Shown piece after piece: positions 31,051 through 32,000 of a stretch of 32,000 nucleotides of DNA. A program made the position numbers and the translations under genes. This DNA is from an uncultured Clostridia bacterium (lineage in GTDB: Bacteria > Bacillota > Clostridia > Oscillospirales > Oscillospiraceae): positions 63,303 to 95,302 of the forward strand of contig CANSAE010000007.1 of the NCBI GenBank assembly GCA_947644595.1, in the 5' to 3' direction. The notes beneath the pieces were generated by a model that was not told the origin of the DNA, made no database searches, and saw only the letters and a program-made list of their open reading frames with translations. Position 1 is the first letter of the stretch. The number at the start of each line of letters is the position of its first letter.

Positions 31051-31248
31051 GTGGAAGAGTTCCCAGAACGTCTAAGGCGGTTGAGGGAGAGAAGAGGAAT
31101 GAGCAGAAAGAAGCTTTCAGAATGTTTTGGATTGTCTAAAAATATGATAGCAAGGTATGAACGAGGAGAAAGAATTCCCGATTTGTATACTGCCCGTGAA
31201 CTTGCGGAATTCTTCGATATTACGCTTGATGATCTTGCAAAAAAATAA
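31051..31248 (+). CDS. XRE-family HTH protein
   Basis: (M)EEFPERLRRLRERRGMSRKKLSECFGLSKNMIARYERGERIPDLYTARELAEFFDITLDDL. A GTG start at 31051 follows GAGAGGTGA; the alternative TTG at 31036 is the track start. Confidence 0.7.
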   Translation: MEEFPERLRRLRERRGMSRKKLSECFGLSKNMIARYERGERIPDLYTARELAEFFDITLDDLAKK

Positions 31249-31254
31249 TTTATC

Positions 31255-31280
31255 AGTGCCCCCAAATGGGGGCACTTTAC
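31255..31280 (+). terminator. Intrinsic terminator
   Basis: AGTGCCCCC-aaat-GGGGGCACT followed by TTTACTATT. Confidence 0.6.
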
Positions 31281-31391
31281 TATTATGGTGCTTTATAATA
31301 TACATGAGGTCATTGTTTCTTCTCTCTAAACCTCCATATACTCTTTTCTCCATGACGGCTGGTGTGGGAGACCGCATCAGCTGTCAAATAT

Positions 31392-31465
31392 GGTCCGTTA
31401 GCTCGAAGGCCGAGCAACCGGCTCATAACCGGCGGGGCAAGGTTCGATTCCTTGACGGATCACCA
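31392..31465 (+). tRNA. Phage-encoded tRNA with CAT anticodon (Met, or Ile2 if lysidine-modified)
   Basis: Folded by hand. Acceptor GGTCCGT/ACGGATC (one G-U), D-arm GCTC-gaaggcc-GAGC, anticodon arm ACCGG-CTCATAA-CCGGC (A27-C43 mismatch), 4-nt variable region, T-arm CAAGG-TTCGATT-CCTTG, and an encoded CCA. Length 74 nt. Confidence 0.7.
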
Positions 31466-31482
31466 GAAATGAGGTTACTAGA

Positions 31483-31638
31483 ATGAGATGGCTTTTTAAT
31501 TATTTGCGGCAATGTTTTTGCAATCATGAATTTGAATTACTTGCAAGAGTTCGTGTACATGATGATTGGGGCGGGGATAGTGACCGTTGGGTACATCGAT
31601 GCAAAAAGTGTGGATATATAAAGAAAGTCGAATTTTAA
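31483..31638 (+). CDS. Small zinc-binding phage protein (51 aa)
   Basis: MRWLFNYLRQCFCNHEFELLARVRVHDDWGGDSDRWVHRCKKCGYIKKVEF, with a GAGG SD 8 nt upstream. The C..H...C..CG pattern is common in small prophage proteins. Confidence 0.5.
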   Translation: MRWLFNYLRQCFCNHEFELLARVRVHDDWGGDSDRWVHRCKKCGYIKKVEF

Positions 31639-31740
31639 TATGATTCAAACGTTTTGATGGATTAGCATTGGTTGCATCGGCATAGTAAACGCTGATGAGG
31701 TGGGCATGGGGCAATATATTATGTTTGAGTGGTGGTGTTA

Positions 31741-32000
31741 GTGGCCGTTGATTGGATGAGGATAAAAACAGAATATATCAACGGTTCAATAAGCCTTAGA
31801 AAGTTGGCAAAGAAAAGTGGAGTATCGTATAGTCAACTCGCCAAAATTGCTGCAGCTGAAAAATGGAACGATCAAAAAGAATCACAGCGAATCAATATAG
31901 AATCAAAAACGAATCAAAAAGCAGCTGAAAAAATTTCTGATATCGAATCGGAAGTGATTGCGATAAAATCTCGCTTAAAGTTGAGTATATACCAACAGAT
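31741..32000 (+). CDS. Terminase small subunit-like HTH protein; N-terminal part only, runs off the right edge
   Basis: VAVDWMRIKTEYINGSISLRKLAKKSGVSYSQLAKIAAAEKWNDQKE... resembles the HTH N-terminus of small terminase / YjcR-like proteins. The start is uncertain (GTG 31741 or ATG 31756). Confidence 0.55.
   Translation, partial: MAVDWMRIKTEYINGSISLRKLAKKSGVSYSQLAKIAAAEKWNDQKESQRINIESKTNQKAAEKISDIESEVIAIKSRLKLSIYQQ

Larger units (their letters stand above)
16151..32000. mobile_element. Prophage (left arm) integrated adjacent to tRNA-Ser; truncated by the window end
   Basis: An integrase lies directly after the tRNA, followed by a CI-like repressor, switch region, YqaJ/RecT/SSB/RusA, methylase, YopX, Lar, tRNA and a small-terminase-like gene. 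The left border is inferred from the tRNA 3' end; attR is not in the window. Confidence 0.85.

Overview
The window has two parts. (1) Positions 1-16150 are ordinary chromosome of a roughly 55-60% GC Firmicute. SLH-domain protein, DegV and the gene content suggest Clostridia; that assignment is an inference. Genes: a partial OadA/PycB-type carboxyltransferase, pckA, asnA, an SDR oxidoreductase, a polytopic membrane protein, a threonine-aldolase-like PLP enzyme, a MerR/TipAS regulator, DegV, an operon of SLH protein, HAD phosphatase and type I asparaginase, an OmpR-type two-component system with an accessory membrane protein and a VanY-like D,D-carboxypeptidase, and tRNA-Ser(GGA). (2) Positions ~16151-32000 are the left arm of a prophage integrated next to tRNA-Ser, and it runs off the right edge. 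It carries a tyrosine integrase, a DUF3800 cassette, a CI-like HTH-S24 repressor with a divergent operator/promoter switch, and an AT-rich mosaic block of small genes on both strands. It then carries an early operon (XRE, 3D-domain protein, YqaJ exonuclease, RecT, SSB, a putative replication protein with an internal iteron/AT-rich region, RusA), a C5 DNA methyltransferase, a PAPS-reductase-like protein, YopX, a Lar-like protein, a phage tRNA-Met(CAT), and the start of a small-terminase-like gene. The most unusual observations follow. The C5-methyltransferase has a circularly permuted motif order (IV-VI-VIII-TRD-IX-X-I-II). A 146-codon +1-frame ORF with its own SD is nested in that gene, exactly where main-frame third-position GC drops. 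A degenerate duplicate of the repressor 3' end brackets the AT-rich DUF3800 cassette. Promoter-equipped reverse-strand cassettes are embedded in the early region. 11-bp phased ATGATG(C/G) repeats are shared by the two-component operon and the VanY-like gene. All calls come from reading the sequence and recalling family motifs; no database search was run.
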